This document shows, piece by piece, positions 9,645 through 19,850 of a DNA stretch of 64,000 bases. The notes beneath the pieces were generated by a model that saw nothing but the letters and a program-made list of their open reading frames with translations, made no database searches and was not told the DNA's origin. The stretch comes from Candidatus Poribacteria bacterium (GTDB lineage Bacteria > Poribacteria > WGA-4E > WGA-3G). The stretch covers positions 8,828 to 72,827 of the forward strand of contig JAJDXV010000098.1 of the NCBI GenBank assembly GCA_022823085.1, written 5' to 3'. Each line of letters opens with the position of its first letter. Within the stretch, counting starts at the first letter, position 1. Both the position numbers and the translations under genes were made by a program.

Positions 9645-12605
9645 CTAAAACTTTCGGTTTTCCCCCCACCGTTTGACTGTCGTTCTGTGAATCGGTTCCG
9701 GTAAGCCTTCAGACAAACGCCGGGCAATCTCTGTCAAGCTCACTTTTTCATCATACCAGATAAACGCCTGTGTTTTCTGCGCGGATTTTGTGCGCGTACG
9801 TCTGCTTCGTGTCTTGCGATAAGCCGTGCTTTTTGATACCCCGGCGTCGACGAGTTCCGCAACGCTTGCATCTTCTCTTTTCTGTAGATTCTCAACAAAC
9901 GTCGCCCAATTGCCATCAAACCCGTTGCCGTCGGAAAGCGAAAACGCTACCGGTGTAACAGGAATATCGACAGGTTCCGCCGTCAGAAACACAATAATTT
10001 TCTTCTTGTGGATGTTCGGACGCAAGCGCATGGCAGCTTGCATCAGCCGTTGCCGGCATTCCCGGTTATAGACGGATTGAACCCTCGTGTCGATGTAAAC
10101 GTTCTTTTTCAAGGTTACACCGTTCACAGTGACCTTCTGTCTCTCTCTCGTGAAATCAAGGGGCTGCTGAACATTCCGATAGAGGCGTTTGGCAATGTTT
10201 TGTATCTCATGATGTTCCGGCTCGTGGTGGAAGACGAAAACAATATCGTGGTCCTGATAATCGTTGCGTCCCTCGGCGTGATGGTGATTGATGAGATCGC
10301 AGTCTAACGATCCGACGGTTTGAATCTCTTGAAACGCTTTCGGGGCGACAACCAGCACCTTTAATCCCGCCTCGATACTCGGTCCGATAAAGCGATCGAC
10401 CATCTCTTGGGCGCGGGGCTTCAGTACCAATGCCTCACCGTCGCGACGGATCAGCGAGTGCCGCGGCAGATAATTCCCGGTTGAGAGTTGAAAAACAAGC
10501 CGACTTTTCCAAATCGGTGGCGTTCCCGTATGCCGAGTGATCTCGATACCGCTACCCCGATAGGCTTCGCTTATCAGGTTATCGGGATCGCTGGCGGTGT
10601 TGAATATGACGCGCCTGTGGTTGAGCGTGGGGTTCAGGTGGTAGTCAAACTTCTGTTCCTCGGGGTCGAAGGTGAACGGCGCGGTCTTCGGGTTCGGGTT
10701 CTCGTCAAGGAAGGTTTGAAGCTCGGAGAGAAACGCATTAAACCGCCGCGGTGGAGCCTCGAAGTCAACAAGCCCGACCTTCAGAAGGACCGAGAGCGGG
10801 AAAAATGAGAGTTGCCATCTGTCTGTCTGAATCGGTGTGTCGTCTGAAATCTCAAGAACTTTCGTATGAATAGCGGTTTCATGGCTGACGACAGGAACGG
10901 TTACCTCTTTACCGCGGTAATGCATCGTGGCTTCAAACGCATAGTTCTTTTCTCGGGGCGCCGGGCGAAAGGCATACCCGACAGGATATTTCTGAATCTT
11001 ATCGTCGAACCCGTCCAGATCGTCAATTGCGTCTACCTGTGCTTTGAGTCCGTCGAAGAACGCTTTTTCATCTTCCGCAGTGCTGATCAAATTGAGGAAA
11101 CCCTTGAGCGTCTCAAACTCGCTAACGGTGTGAGGGTCTCTAAACCGTTCGGTTAAGTCGAAAAGCATTTCCCTTGTCAGCTTCCGGGATTGTGTCAGGT
11201 TCGCAGGGTTCACCTCGTCGAGAATCAGGATATCCTCTTTGGAGCAGATACGTTTGACGCGGTCTGAATGTTTTGAATCACACGCCACGACTTCGTCCCA
11301 TGAATAAACGACTTTCATAGCATTCTTTTCGCGGTGCTTTTGACTCAAATAGCCGTCTTTCTTACAATCGGAAAACAGCGGGCAGCGGTGGCAGACTTCG
11401 TGCGTTGGGTGGCCACGCGCAGCATAAGTGTCGCAGCGTTCTGGCGAGATACAGGGTCGATCGTTTTCGGTTAAGCCAAGGGGTAAGGTGTTCCAGTTCT
11501 CATGGTCACGATTGAACATTCGCGATCGATGCCGGTGAACATCATCTTCACGATCCCAGAGCGTCTGAAAAACTTGATCTGCCTCCTCAACAGTTTTCGA
11601 GATGTAAAGCAGCCGCGCCGCAGTTGTTATCGCGACGGTCGTTTTACCTGTCCCGGCAGCACTCCCCAGCACCAGCAGATGTTTCCCCTTTTTTTCTTGA
11701 GTCTTCTGAAGCCACTTCACCAGGACATTCTTATTTTCCGTGCGTTCGGTGTCGAGAGTGCTTGTCTCGTGCTGAAAATCGGCGTTGCGATGATACCGTT
11801 TGCGATCAAGGCGAAAAGGGTCACGTTTAATGCCTTTCTGCTCAAAGAACCAGCCCGACTTCTTATGGGTGCAATGTGAGTGCGAACAATGGTAGATCAG
11901 CCCATTCTCAGAAAGCCGTATAAAGCTATCGGTCTTACCTTGTAAACCCCCGGTATGTTCCGATCGGTTCAAGCATTCTACAAAGAACCCGCCCCGCTGT
12001 CGTGTCCCGAGGATTTTCACATCTTGAGACTTCAGAAATGCGCGAAGGCTGGTGGTGTCAGCATCGGTATGCGCATAATCCTCTAAATCGGAGGTATACA
12101 GGTAGACATCGTCGGCATCCCATTGAATAGGGATTACGTCTTGATTGACAATCGCGAGCGGATCATGCGCGAGATAACACAACCGATTGCAATCTGTGCC
12201 GCGGGGATCTATCTCAAAACCATATTCATCCGCCAACGCCTCAAAGAAATCAACGCAGGCATGCCACGCCGTTTTATGCTCGGCATCGTTTTTGGGTGTT
12301 GGCGATACAGGCACGACGACCTTAATCCCTTTGCCTGACGGTGAGATAAAGGAAAGTTTCACCTGTTGGAGTTGTGCGAGTTCAGAGAGAAGGACCGGCA
12401 TATCGAGTTCGCAGAGATGATCTATATCGAGGACGACAAGGGACGAGTGGACAGCAAGATGCGCGGCAAGCCGGCGGTTTTTCGGAAAGGTCCCAGCGAA
12501 GGTTACCGCTGGCAGTGCTTTTGCTTTATAATCTCGGTACGCCTCTTTATTTGTTGCGGCGAGCGTGTGACTGAAGTGCCACCGTTTATTCAGACCAAAA
12601 AATAG
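9645..12605 (-). CDS. Primase/helicase-like replication protein (BT4734/VirE-N-like N-terminal region plus P-loop NTPase plus C-terminal HTH); 5' end truncated by an IS3-derived element
   Basis: The frame stays open above the annotated Met: ...LFFGLNKRWHFSHTLAATNKEAYRDYKAKALPAVTFAGTFPKNRRLAAHLAVHSSLVVLDIDHL.... There is no start codon before it runs into IS sequence at ~12606. P-loop LGSAAGTGKTT. C-terminal VSLTEIARRLS... HTH. Confidence 0.6.
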   Translation of the reverse strand, partial: LFFGLNKRWHFSHTLAATNKEAYRDYKAKALPAVTFAGTFPKNRRLAAHLAVHSSLVVLDIDHLCELDMPVLLSELAQLQQVKLSFISPSGKGIKVVVPVSPTPKNDAEHKTAWHACVDFFEALADEYGFEIDPRGTDCNRLCYLAHDPLAIVNQDVIPIQWDADDVYLYTSDLEDYAHTDADTTSLRAFLKSQDVKILGTRQRGGFFVECLNRSEHTGGLQGKTDSFIRLSENGLIYHCSHSHCTHKKSGWFFEQKGIKRDPFRLDRKRYHRNADFQHETSTLDTERTENKNVLVKWLQKTQEKKGKHLLVLGSAAGTGKTTVAITTAARLLYISKTVEEADQVFQTLWDREDDVHRHRSRMFNRDHENWNTLPLGLTENDRPCISPERCDTYAARGHPTHEVCHRCPLFSDCKKDGYLSQKHREKNAMKVVYSWDEVVACDSKHSDRVKRICSKEDILILDEVNPANLTQSRKLTREMLFDLTERFRDPHTVSEFETLKGFLNLISTAEDEKAFFDGLKAQVDAIDDLDGFDDKIQKYPVGYAFRPAPREKNYAFEATMHYRGKEVTVPVVSHETAIHTKVLEISDDTPIQTDRWQLSFFPLSVLLKVGLVDFEAPPRRFNAFLSELQTFLDENPNPKTAPFTFDPEEQKFDYHLNPTLNHRRVIFNTASDPDNLISEAYRGSGIEITRHTGTPPIWKSRLVFQLSTGNYLPRHSLIRRDGEALVLKPRAQEMVDRFIGPSIEAGLKVLVVAPKAFQEIQTVGSLDCDLINHHHAEGRNDYQDHDIVFVFHHEPEHHEIQNIAKRLYRNVQQPLDFTRERQKVTVNGVTLKKNVYIDTRVQSVYNRECRQRLMQAAMRLRPNIHKKKIIVFLTAEPVDIPVTPVAFSLSDGNGFDGNWATFVENLQKREDASVAELVDAGVSKSTAYRKTRSRRTRTKSAQKTQAFIWYDEKVSLTEIARRLSEGLPEPIHRTTVKRWGENRKF

Positions 12606-12931
12606 TAAAGTTAAGACAAGTTTTTTTCAAATTCGATAGGGGTCAAATACCCTAACGCCGAGTGCAGACGTTTCTAATTATACACCTGTGTGATAAGCGG
12701 ATTCAAAGAGACCTGCCGCATTTTCAACGAGTTGTTGCTTCCGCTTCGAGAGTTGATTTTCGTTCAGATTGTATCGCCGACACAGTTCGGAGACCTGCTA
12801 ACTTTCACCGCGGGGGGCTCAAGGACAACTTCGGCTTTAAATGCAGCCGTGAATCTTCTTCGTTTCGCCATCGGATACTCCTTTCAGTTAGATCGTCATT
12901 GTAGCACGATCTTGGTTTAGAGAGTGGTCTA
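12606..12931 (-). mobile_element. Miniature internally deleted IS3-family derivative (OrfA 5' part joined to the IS right end)
   Basis: The minus strand reads ...CTAAACCAAGATCG...GAAAGGAGTATCCG ATG GCG AAA CGA AGA AGA TTC ACG (MAKRRRFTAAFKAEVVLE...) with a frameshift and a TAG. It then reads ...CACTCGGCGTTAGGGTATTTGACCCCTATCGAATTTGAAAAAAACTTGTCTTAACTTT, matching both ends of the IS3 copy at 58348-59521. Confidence 0.75.
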
Positions 12932-13086
12932 AAAAACCGATGACAATACACGTTCTATTTCGCGGTGGGTTTCAGTTTATATTTTGGGGTATGGTGTTTT
13001 GTGGTATTCGGCGGGAGAAGATTTGAGAGGATCCTTTTCTTGTCAGGATCCTCTTCTGAACGTATCACTGAGTGTTAAATGGATTG

Positions 13087-14520
13087 TCAAATATCAGAAC
13101 GGAAGAACTTCAGAAACGCCCCGGTTGTCAACGCCGCTAAAAAGAAACAGAGCAGAAGTACATCCACGAGAGAGTGACTCAACGTCTCAACTAACGAGGG
13201 AGTTTTTATGGCGGGGGGCTGCGTGATTGTAACAACATCGTCGGGTCTCATGATTCTTATAGAGACGTGATCTACGATTTTACTAAACAGCTCCGCATAA
13301 AGCATGCCATAATAATGCACGCTGGTGTCAAAGTAGTTGTTTCTTTTTACCTTTCCGGTCTGTGTTAAGTTCGTGACAAGATAAATAAGCGAAGAAGTTG
13401 GGGTGATGCGCGAGAGTGTCTCTCCGACCTGTTCTTGTCGCGCGATTTGACGTTTGTAATCCCGTTCAATTTTATCAGAGTGGTTTTGAAGTTTCGATCG
13501 ATATTCCTCTTCAAGAGGTTTGACACTTTCATCAATTTTTTTCAGTGCTTCCCCTGAGACTGCAGTAACACCTCTCTCATCGGGGGGGATCTCTCTGATA
13601 ATTTTCATTTTTTCCTTGTTGATTTGCTCATTGAAATCATCTCGCATGGCTGTTTTCTCCATGTAGATACTCTGCGCCGTTCGTGTGGGGACAATAAGTT
13701 TAGCTGTCAAAAATCCAACCCGGGGTGTAATTAACGCGGCGAACACCCAGACGGTAAAGGCAACGATGAGTGCTGTCTTGGAAGTGTCTAAGTAGGTAGA
13801 AATCACCGTGCCGATGGCGAAAAACACCGCGATGTAGAGCAGCGAGATAAGTGTCAGACTTAGGACTCGCGGGAAGATATCGGGTTCGCCGAGAGGAAAC
13901 CCCTGCCAGACGATTAACAGTAACCCGAACAGAAACGACACTAAGAAGGGCACCACAAACACAAGGTATCCGCCAATGAGTTTGCTCCATAAGAAGAGGT
14001 CCCGCGGGAGTGCGTTTGACAGGTTAATCCGCAACGTTCCGGCTTCTTTCTCCCCGGCAATAGCATCGAAGGTAAATAACAGTGCCAGTAGACTGAAGAC
14101 TGTGCCGACGACGAACAGAAAATCGAGATGCCCTAATAGATAGGAGACCGAGGAAGACAAGGCAGGTGGGCCTTGGGTGATTCCATTGCGAGTCATGCCG
14201 AGATAGCTCGGCAGCGTCTCACCTAATCCGTTTGCGAAGACACTCATGAGTGTGGGTTTGAGAAAAAGTTTGGAGACTTCGAGTTCGGGTTCCAAAGTGT
14301 CGTTGGGGTTCACGGTGGCTTCTTCGATATTTGCCAGTTTAACGGCTTCTTGGTAATCCACTAAGTTCTGGCGATAATTTTGGTAACTGATAGAAAGGGT
14401 CAGCGGGATGAGCAGGAGACACATCAAAAGGAGGGCGACGAACCTTGCACTCAGAATATGATGCATCATCTCTTTTTGAATCAATGTCATTAACATGGTA
14501 ACTTCTCCTCTATTTTTCAT
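13087..14520 (-). CDS. ABC-2-type transporter permease with a long cytoplasmic/coiled insertion
   Basis: Multiple hydrophobic spans (LLMCLLLIPLTL, FVVGTVFSLLALLF, GGYLVFVVPFLVSFLFGLLLIVW, ...) and a charged ~110-aa insert. Last gene of cassette 1. Confidence 0.45.
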   Translation of the reverse strand: MKNRGEVTMLMTLIQKEMMHHILSARFVALLLMCLLLIPLTLSISYQNYRQNLVDYQEAVKLANIEEATVNPNDTLEPELEVSKLFLKPTLMSVFANGLGETLPSYLGMTRNGITQGPPALSSSVSYLLGHLDFLFVVGTVFSLLALLFTFDAIAGEKEAGTLRINLSNALPRDLFLWSKLIGGYLVFVVPFLVSFLFGLLLIVWQGFPLGEPDIFPRVLSLTLISLLYIAVFFAIGTVISTYLDTSKTALIVAFTVWVFAALITPRVGFLTAKLIVPTRTAQSIYMEKTAMRDDFNEQINKEKMKIIREIPPDERGVTAVSGEALKKIDESVKPLEEEYRSKLQNHSDKIERDYKRQIARQEQVGETLSRITPTSSLIYLVTNLTQTGKVKRNNYFDTSVHYYGMLYAELFSKIVDHVSIRIMRPDDVVTITQPPAIKTPSLVETLSHSLVDVLLLCFFLAALTTGAFLKFFRSDI

Positions 14521-14583
14521 TGATGAACGGCTCTATCTTTCGCAGCAGCGGTTGTAGATTAGGATGTGTTGCGGAATAGAGCA

Positions 14584-16209
14584 TCAAGGGGACAACAACG
14601 CCGATAGCTTTGGTTCATGTTTTGCCGGTTGATCTGATAGTTCCACGGTGCGATAAGGGCGTTCTTTCATCCACTGTCTAGGGGTCCAAGTTTTTGTAAA
14701 ATCAACCTCCGTGAAATCAGCGGCATCAATAATTTTAATATACACTTGGTCTGTTCCAGCAAATATGGGACTCTCATTGAGTTGATAGCCGAGTCGGATC
14801 CAATGCTTGTTAAGATAAGCTTCAACTTGACTGTGTCCGACAATCGTAACTTGATTGGGAGCCGATGGTTTCTCGTAAGAAAAGCTGCCAGCGACTCTTT
14901 CATCATTCAGGTTTTTAACCAGTCGCTTCCATTCACCTGTGCCTTTGTAATAATATATCAGGGGGACTCCCATGGTTACACGGGCAGGAATGCCGACGGC
15001 TCTCAACATTGTAGCAAGGAGGCGTGCCCGAGAAATACAGGCACCATATTGTTTTCGCTTAAACATTGAGTCACCAAAGTAATTCACCGCTAAAGCCTCT
15101 GTGACCTCTGCTTGGGTTACCTCCCTGCCTATGCTCTCAAAGAACGACCAGTCGGTAACGAGTTCTCCGTGCTGTTTATAAGTGTAAATAAAAGGGGCGT
15201 AAAGAGGAAGGGTTAATTTCATTTGCCCAACTTCGTGCATGAGTTTAGCTAGGACGTCTAATGTATTCGTTGCAGTGGATAGCATTTGCTGAATCTCCAG
15301 CTGCATTTCTGGTGAGTAATTCAGATCATAAGCAGGTGCAACATACTTTCTGAAGGATCCAGAGGGGGACTGATACGGATATGGTTCTGGAAGTAGAACG
15401 GGGGAAGCATACGGATAAACAATAACCTCTACCTTCTGATAGTCGGACTGCGTACTTTCCATAAGTCGTGCGTCTTGGAAAAGATCGTTCATCGCATCAA
15501 TATTCCAGGGCGGTTTTATATCAAGAACTGCCCTGATATTATAGGTATACTCTCTTCTCTCATCCCAATCTGTGTCGGATATCCCATCTCTATCACTATC
15601 AGCTAAGGTTGGATCTGTTCGATATTTGCAATACTCTTGATAATCTGTCAATCCATCCGCATCTGTATCAGAGGTTGTGGAGAGCGTGCCGAGTTGGGCT
15701 TCGAGTTCATCATCTAAGCCATCTTTGTCTGTGTCGCGTAGGGTTCCTGCATTAAATTTCTCGATGCGACTTTGCATTGTATGCGAGGGGGCGGTCATAA
15801 ACGTCAAGACATATTCATTGAGAGGTCTGCCCCATTTCCCTTTCATCAAGCCAGGGTCGTGGGATGTATTGTTTAAGTCGTCGTTCAAGACAATGCCATA
15901 AAACGCTTCTGGTTTTAACGGTTCTGTGAGATTCAAGGCTAAAATTGTTCGGTGTTCATCCATCCATTTGGGTGTGCCTTTGATCCGCATTCCTCGAAAG
16001 GTAAGGTGTTTTTCTTTTCTCATGGACTGATTAAAGACAAACCTAATTTGCCGTGTCTCAATTGGGACATGAGTTGCTGACATCGTTGGCACGGTTTCGA
16101 TAACTTTAGGGGCTGGCAAGAAACGTTTCACCAGAGATGGCAATAATGCCACGCAAAAAATTAGGATAAAAATAGTAAGGAGAAGCCGTTCTATTTTGAT
16201 TTTAGGCAT
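14584..16209 (-). CDS. Secreted/anchored protein: N-terminal Ig-like region, thrombospondin-type-3-like Ca-binding repeats, C-terminal transglutaminase-like cysteine-protease fold
   Basis: N-terminal TM/signal. DTDKDGLDD, DTDADGLTD and DSDRDGISD repeats. GACISRARLLATMLRAVGIPARV ... GHSQVEAYLNKHWIRLG fits the Cys/His pattern of the transglutaminase core. Confidence 0.55.
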   Translation of the reverse strand: MPKIKIERLLLTIFILIFCVALLPSLVKRFLPAPKVIETVPTMSATHVPIETRQIRFVFNQSMRKEKHLTFRGMRIKGTPKWMDEHRTILALNLTEPLKPEAFYGIVLNDDLNNTSHDPGLMKGKWGRPLNEYVLTFMTAPSHTMQSRIEKFNAGTLRDTDKDGLDDELEAQLGTLSTTSDTDADGLTDYQEYCKYRTDPTLADSDRDGISDTDWDERREYTYNIRAVLDIKPPWNIDAMNDLFQDARLMESTQSDYQKVEVIVYPYASPVLLPEPYPYQSPSGSFRKYVAPAYDLNYSPEMQLEIQQMLSTATNTLDVLAKLMHEVGQMKLTLPLYAPFIYTYKQHGELVTDWSFFESIGREVTQAEVTEALAVNYFGDSMFKRKQYGACISRARLLATMLRAVGIPARVTMGVPLIYYYKGTGEWKRLVKNLNDERVAGSFSYEKPSAPNQVTIVGHSQVEAYLNKHWIRLGYQLNESPIFAGTDQVYIKIIDAADFTEVDFTKTWTPRQWMKERPYRTVELSDQPAKHEPKLSALLSP

Positions 16210-16241
16210 TTTCTTTGTCCTGTTTTCTCAAGAAATACGAA

Positions 16242-17906
16242 TTAAAGAGTGAGTGTAGACAGTAGCCTATCGGCTTTATCGGCATCTTGGAGCAGATACC
16301 TTAGGACTGTCCGAATTTCCTCCGAGGTATGATCTGTCAGGAGTGTTTGCGCGACTCCTTCCTCAACGCGCTGCTTAAAAAGTCCGTCAAGTTGCATCGC
16401 CCCTGTTTTCGTGACATTCTGTCCCTTTTCGTAGTATTGGGCGAAAGCAACATCGGGATATTTTGGTTTTGTGCTTTGGTTTCTTTTCCTGTTAAGTTGA
16501 GAAAATAATGTGACGAAACGTTGTGCTGTTCGATCCCAAGAGTAGTTCTTGACGACTTGTCGGGCCTGAGTTGACAAAGTTTCCCTTCTCTCCTGATCCA
16601 CGATTAATGTGTGAATCTGTTCTGAAATGGCGGTTGTTGGCATCATAAACTTACCGGTCATGTCCTCTCGAGTAAGTGGGACGGATATTAGACATGCCGC
16701 CAGGTCTTCAGGTAACTTCGTTGAATTGAGAGCGATCCCCGGTACCCCGCACGCAAGTGCCTCAAGCACTATGGAGAAGGACGTGCCAATAACTGTTGGA
16801 AAAATGATAAGTTTGCAAGCGTTGTAAATCCAAGGGAGGGCGACGATATCCTCTGGTTGCTGAAGATTAATATAAAAGACATTAGGGTAGCGTTGATATT
16901 TCTGATGTGCGAGGATGGGGTCAAGAACGATGAAAACAACATCCTTGTGTAGGTTTGCCAACTCCGCTATCAGTTCTACGCTATTTTGGGGTTGGAAGCC
17001 ATTGAGGATTCCAACCACTGGTGCCTCCAGAACGCTTTTCTCTCCAACAATTGAAGCGACTATCTCTCTGGCGTGTTGATGCTTTTTCGGGGAATAAACT
17101 TGCGTATCCACTCCATTAGGGATAGTGTGCAGTGCTTTGGGAGGAAATGATTGGATCGCGGCCAACTCATCTTCTATCCAAGGCGTGTCGGGACAAATTT
17201 GGTCGAAATCCCGCCGGAGTGCTTGATGGCTTAGCACCCTGTTAAGCGTTGCTTCGCGCAGATTTCTATCACTATAGATGCGAGAAACGACGGGTATAGT
17301 ATTGTGCCGAAAGTAGTTCAACTCTTCGTAAGGATGCGGGGAAAGTGCGAGAATTCCGTTGCAGTCCCTGACGATGAAACGATTCGAGGCATGCGTCACC
17401 TGATTCGTTGATTCAAAAATGTCGGAGACGAATTGAATGCCGAGTTCCATGAGTTGTTCTCGTTGTGCCAAGGCTTTCGAGTCGTTATCAATTTCTACAA
17501 ATACTTCGGCATACTTTGCGAGTGCCTTCAACAGATTATAAATCTCAACATTTGTATTTGGACTCAAAATTCCTTTATAGTTCATAAAACTGTGAGGAAC
17601 AAATATCCTTAATCTATCCTCGGCTGATGTTGGTGGGAAAATCGGCACCCTTTCAGGTTCAAACAGAAGGGTTTCTATGTCCCCGCTCAATGCATTCAGA
17701 CTTCCAAGAATTTGTCCTTCCGAATATTGGTTCCCGAGTTTTTCAAGGATACGTGCGTTATCAGATGTGCCGCAGAGTTCCAGAATTTCTGCGGCGATGG
17801 CATCGATTTGAAATATTTCTCCTGTTTGAAGATTCGTGACGTACCAAATTCCGTCCTTTTCAAATTTGTAGATGTGTTGTTGAAGTGTCCTTGGAAATCT
17901 AATCAT
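16242..17906 (-). CDS. GT4-family glycosyltransferase with an N-terminal PqqD/RRE-like peptide-binding domain and a conserved C-terminal helical tail
   Basis: N-terminus HIYKFEKDGIWYVTNLQTGEIFQIDAIAAEILELCGTSDNARILEKL... (HKF..dg.yv.dl....i.e.d pattern of SPASM-maturase RREs). GT core ...TSFSIVLEALACGVPGIALNS. Tail VEEGVAQTLLTDHTSEEIRTVLRYL. Confidence 0.65.
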   Translation of the reverse strand: MIRFPRTLQQHIYKFEKDGIWYVTNLQTGEIFQIDAIAAEILELCGTSDNARILEKLGNQYSEGQILGSLNALSGDIETLLFEPERVPIFPPTSAEDRLRIFVPHSFMNYKGILSPNTNVEIYNLLKALAKYAEVFVEIDNDSKALAQREQLMELGIQFVSDIFESTNQVTHASNRFIVRDCNGILALSPHPYEELNYFRHNTIPVVSRIYSDRNLREATLNRVLSHQALRRDFDQICPDTPWIEDELAAIQSFPPKALHTIPNGVDTQVYSPKKHQHAREIVASIVGEKSVLEAPVVGILNGFQPQNSVELIAELANLHKDVVFIVLDPILAHQKYQRYPNVFYINLQQPEDIVALPWIYNACKLIIFPTVIGTSFSIVLEALACGVPGIALNSTKLPEDLAACLISVPLTREDMTGKFMMPTTAISEQIHTLIVDQERRETLSTQARQVVKNYSWDRTAQRFVTLFSQLNRKRNQSTKPKYPDVAFAQYYEKGQNVTKTGAMQLDGLFKQRVEEGVAQTLLTDHTSEEIRTVLRYLLQDADKADRLLSTLTL

Positions 17907-18000
17907 TTGAAATTCCTACCCCTTTTTCTCTTCGGTTGGCTGCTGTCTATGAAGCTAAGGTTTCCCTAACGTTTAGGTTGTGGGTGCTATGACCGGTAAT

Positions 18001-19752
18001 CTATGCCAAGGTGTTAAGAAAATTCTGGACCCGCTCAACGACTTGGGCAGCCTTTGACGTATCGTCTAAGACGTGTGTTAAAACGGCTTCGACCTGTTTG
18101 GGTGTGTGTCGTTTCAGCAATGTCAGTGCTAGGCCCTCTTCCATCGTTTGAACGTATGCCCCTTTTTGCTGTAGCGGTGTCTCCAGAGATGGCGTCAAAT
18201 TGAGGAGGAGTGCTCGGTTTTCGACTTGATTCTGAAAAGCATCAAAATAGGGAACGAAAGCGACAGATAGATCAGGCGATGTTCTGTGATTTTGTTTGAT
18301 TCTATTCAAATTTTGAAAGAGTTGAATAAGATGTTTCACACACCGCTCCCAAGTAAAAGCCAATGCCCGGGATCGTGCCTTCTCACCAAGTTCATGGCGA
18401 AAATCATCTTCAAGCAGAGAAACAATACCTTTAGAAAGTTCTGCCGCTGACACAGCGGCGGCGAACCCCGCCATGTCTTCTGAAAACTCCTTCGCAGGGA
18501 CAACTATTCCCGTTTCCCCGACAACCTCCGGCAATCCATCAAATCTCGGAACAACAGGAGGCACACCACATGCCATCGCTTCCAAGAGTGTGAGTCCGAA
18601 AGTCTCTTCTGCCGCCATAGAGGGGAAACAGTAAATATCAAAAGCGTTGTAGAGAGTCGGTAACTGTTTTCTGGGTAAAAAACCGGCATAGATTAAGTTA
18701 TCTGGCAAGGGACCAAACGAAGGTCTTAGTAAAAAATTCCCGCCCACCAAGAAAAGCAGATCGGGATGCATTTCAGCCAATTGGATAAAGACATGTGCCC
18801 CTTTCTCTGGCTGAAACCGCGAGAGAAAACCAACTGTTAACTTCTCCTCAATTCGCGTATCTTCAAGAAGTGTGGCGATCTCTGTTTTTGCCTTGGATTT
18901 ATTTAGGGGTCTGAAGGTATTGGCATCTACTCCATTTTGAAGCGTGTGAAAATGAGATGTATCCCCAACAAATCTTGCGTAGTATCTGGCAACAGAGTCT
19001 GAAGGTGCTGTGAAGGCATCATAGGCACGCATTATGGAATGATAGAACAGTGTCGTGCTGATTGCTAACCCTGCGTGTCCCCTCGGTGCATGATTCTGTA
19101 GGATAATGGGTAGATCGACTTCTCGGAAGAAAGGAACGAGGTCATAACTTCCCCAGCTTTGATGTGCCAAGATGCCGTTGACGCCAAGCTGATTTAACCT
19201 TTGGTTGAATCTTCGGGGTGATTGCAGTATTTCCTCTGCGGGCAGTCCCACTGTATAGAGGCCTGGAGCGATTTCTCCTTCTGTTTCCCCGGATAGGTAG
19301 ATATCAGCAAACTTTGAGAGACTTCTCGACATGTGATATAAAGCAACGTTGGTGCCTGCTTCAACTGTTTCGGGGTTTAAAAACCATGAGTCTTTACTTT
19401 GCGGGACATATATCTTTAACCGCTCGCTGTCCGCTGCAGGAAGACCGCCCCATGAAGGGAGAGAAAAAATTAATCCGTTACTTTGAAAATCACCAAGTAA
19501 TTCTAAGGTTTCGAGAACCAAATTCCTATCGTAGGTTTGACTCAACTGATTAATTAATTCTTGTGTTTCCAATATAGGTGCCAATTCCAGGGCATCCCAA
19601 GCAATTTGATTAATTTCAACTATCATGAAGCGAGAAAGATCTGCAACATAGAATTTATCATCGTGCTTGAATTTGTGAATGTGACATGTCTGGGTTGGGC
19701 ATTGAAGCATGGAAAACCCTCTTATGGAAAATGTTGATGCTATTGTGTTCAA
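18001..19752 (-). CDS. GT4-family glycosyltransferase with an N-terminal PqqD/RRE-like domain
   Basis: HIHKFKHDDKFYVADLSRFMIVEINQIAWDALELAPILETQELINQLSQTY...LELLGDFQSNGLIF. GT core EETFGLTLLEAMACGVPPVVP. Tail MEEGLALTLLKRHTPKQVEAVLTHVL. Closest paralogue is 36521..38266. Confidence 0.7.
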   Translation of the reverse strand: MNTIASTFSIRGFSMLQCPTQTCHIHKFKHDDKFYVADLSRFMIVEINQIAWDALELAPILETQELINQLSQTYDRNLVLETLELLGDFQSNGLIFSLPSWGGLPAADSERLKIYVPQSKDSWFLNPETVEAGTNVALYHMSRSLSKFADIYLSGETEGEIAPGLYTVGLPAEEILQSPRRFNQRLNQLGVNGILAHQSWGSYDLVPFFREVDLPIILQNHAPRGHAGLAISTTLFYHSIMRAYDAFTAPSDSVARYYARFVGDTSHFHTLQNGVDANTFRPLNKSKAKTEIATLLEDTRIEEKLTVGFLSRFQPEKGAHVFIQLAEMHPDLLFLVGGNFLLRPSFGPLPDNLIYAGFLPRKQLPTLYNAFDIYCFPSMAAEETFGLTLLEAMACGVPPVVPRFDGLPEVVGETGIVVPAKEFSEDMAGFAAAVSAAELSKGIVSLLEDDFRHELGEKARSRALAFTWERCVKHLIQLFQNLNRIKQNHRTSPDLSVAFVPYFDAFQNQVENRALLLNLTPSLETPLQQKGAYVQTMEEGLALTLLKRHTPKQVEAVLTHVLDDTSKAAQVVERVQNFLNTLA

Positions 19753-19850
19753 ATTAACTTTTCTATTTTCGATACACTCGTTATTGAAATCACTTTGCTC
19801 TGAATATCAGTTTACGATAAACAGAAGCAAAGTAATTTCAGTTAGGAATG

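Noticed and set aside
12662-12920. Plus-strand ORFs 12662..12904 and 12690..12920
   Set aside because: They are antisense to the decayed IS3 orfA remnant.
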